Below, one piece after another: positions 63,565 through 64,000 of a DNA stretch of 64,000 nucleotides. The notes under the pieces were generated by a model that saw only the letters and a program-made list of their open reading frames with translations, was not told the DNA's origin and did no database searches. Both the position numbers and the translations under genes were made by a program. Source of the DNA: Octopus bimaculoides (lineage: Eukaryota); contig NC_068982.1 of assembly GCF_001194135.2 (NCBI RefSeq), forward strand, positions 175,083,733-175,147,732, given 5' to 3'. The stretch's first letter is position 1. The number at the start of each line of letters is the position of its first letter.

Positions 63565-63880
63565 AGACATGTGGCACTCCGTCGGTTACGACGACGAGGA
63601 TTCCAGTTGATCCGGAACAGCTTGCTCGTGAAATTAACGAGCAAGTGACAGAGCACTCCACAGACACGTGTATCCTTAATGTAGTTCTCAGGAAGATTCA
63701 GCGTGACATAGAGTGTGACAAGGCTGGCCCTTTGAAATACAGGTACTACTCATTTTTGCCAGCTGAGTGGAATGGAGCAACGTGAAATAAAGTGTCTTGC
63801 TCAGGGACTCAACGCGCTGCCGGGAATTGAACTCACGATCATGAGCCGAATAACCTAATCACTAAGCTACGTGCCTTCAC
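63565..63880 (-). mobile_element. Family B SINE, near full length
   Basis: Minus head GGCACGTAGCTTAGTGATTAGG...GAGTTCAATTCCCGG, middle CTGAGCAAGACACTTTATTTCACGTTGCTCC, and a tail shared with 21812-21990. Confidence 0.88.
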
Positions 63881-63916
63881 TGACAAGATATGCAGGAAAA
63901 TGTAGATGGATGAAAT

Positions 63917-64000
63917 GTTGTTGGCACTCCGTCGCTTATGACGACGAGGGTTCCAGTTGATCCGATCAACGGAACAGCCTGCTCGTGAAATTAACGTGCA
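63917..64000 (-). mobile_element. Family B tail, cut by the window edge
   Basis: GTTGGCACTCCGTCGCTTATGACGACGAGGGTTCCAGTTGATCCGATCAACGGAACAGCC, near-identical to 21814-21895. Confidence 0.9.

Noticed and set aside
578-63785. Most ORFs in the supplied track (YIYI, CVCV, HTHT, ERER, X-runs)
   Set aside because: They are translations of dinucleotide or tetranucleotide microsatellites and N-gaps, which lack stop codons by construction.

Overview
AT-rich, microsatellite-dense eukaryotic DNA from a gapped short-read draft assembly; most N-gaps are bordered by (TA)n, (CA)n or (GA)n. The repeat content looks like a coleoid cephalopod, most likely Octopus (my inference, no database search). Only one host-gene segment is well supported: a minus-strand terminal coding exon (40287-40462) encoding two C2H2 fingers with the RNEELTRH signature of Huckebein. 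The rest is mobile DNA: at least three tRNA-derived SINE families (about 25 copies, several with clear 10-14 bp TSDs), RTE, R4/Dong-like and Penelope-like (PLE) retroelement remnants, a DD37D (maT) and a mariner transposase remnant, a hAT MITE and several hairpin or foldback structures. The most notable structure is a 483-bp insertion (26595-27077) flanked by a perfect 12-bp TSD. It has a tRNA-like Pol III head, an (AAT)n linker and a tail carrying a minimal type I hammerhead ribozyme motif, and an inverted copy of that tail sits at its 5' end. A PLE RT remnant at 52.9-54.3 kb shows the same inverted-tail architecture. This points to a hammerhead-bearing, tRNA-headed non-autonomous element mobilised by Penelope-like machinery. 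Almost all ORFs in the supplied track are microsatellite or N-gap artefacts.
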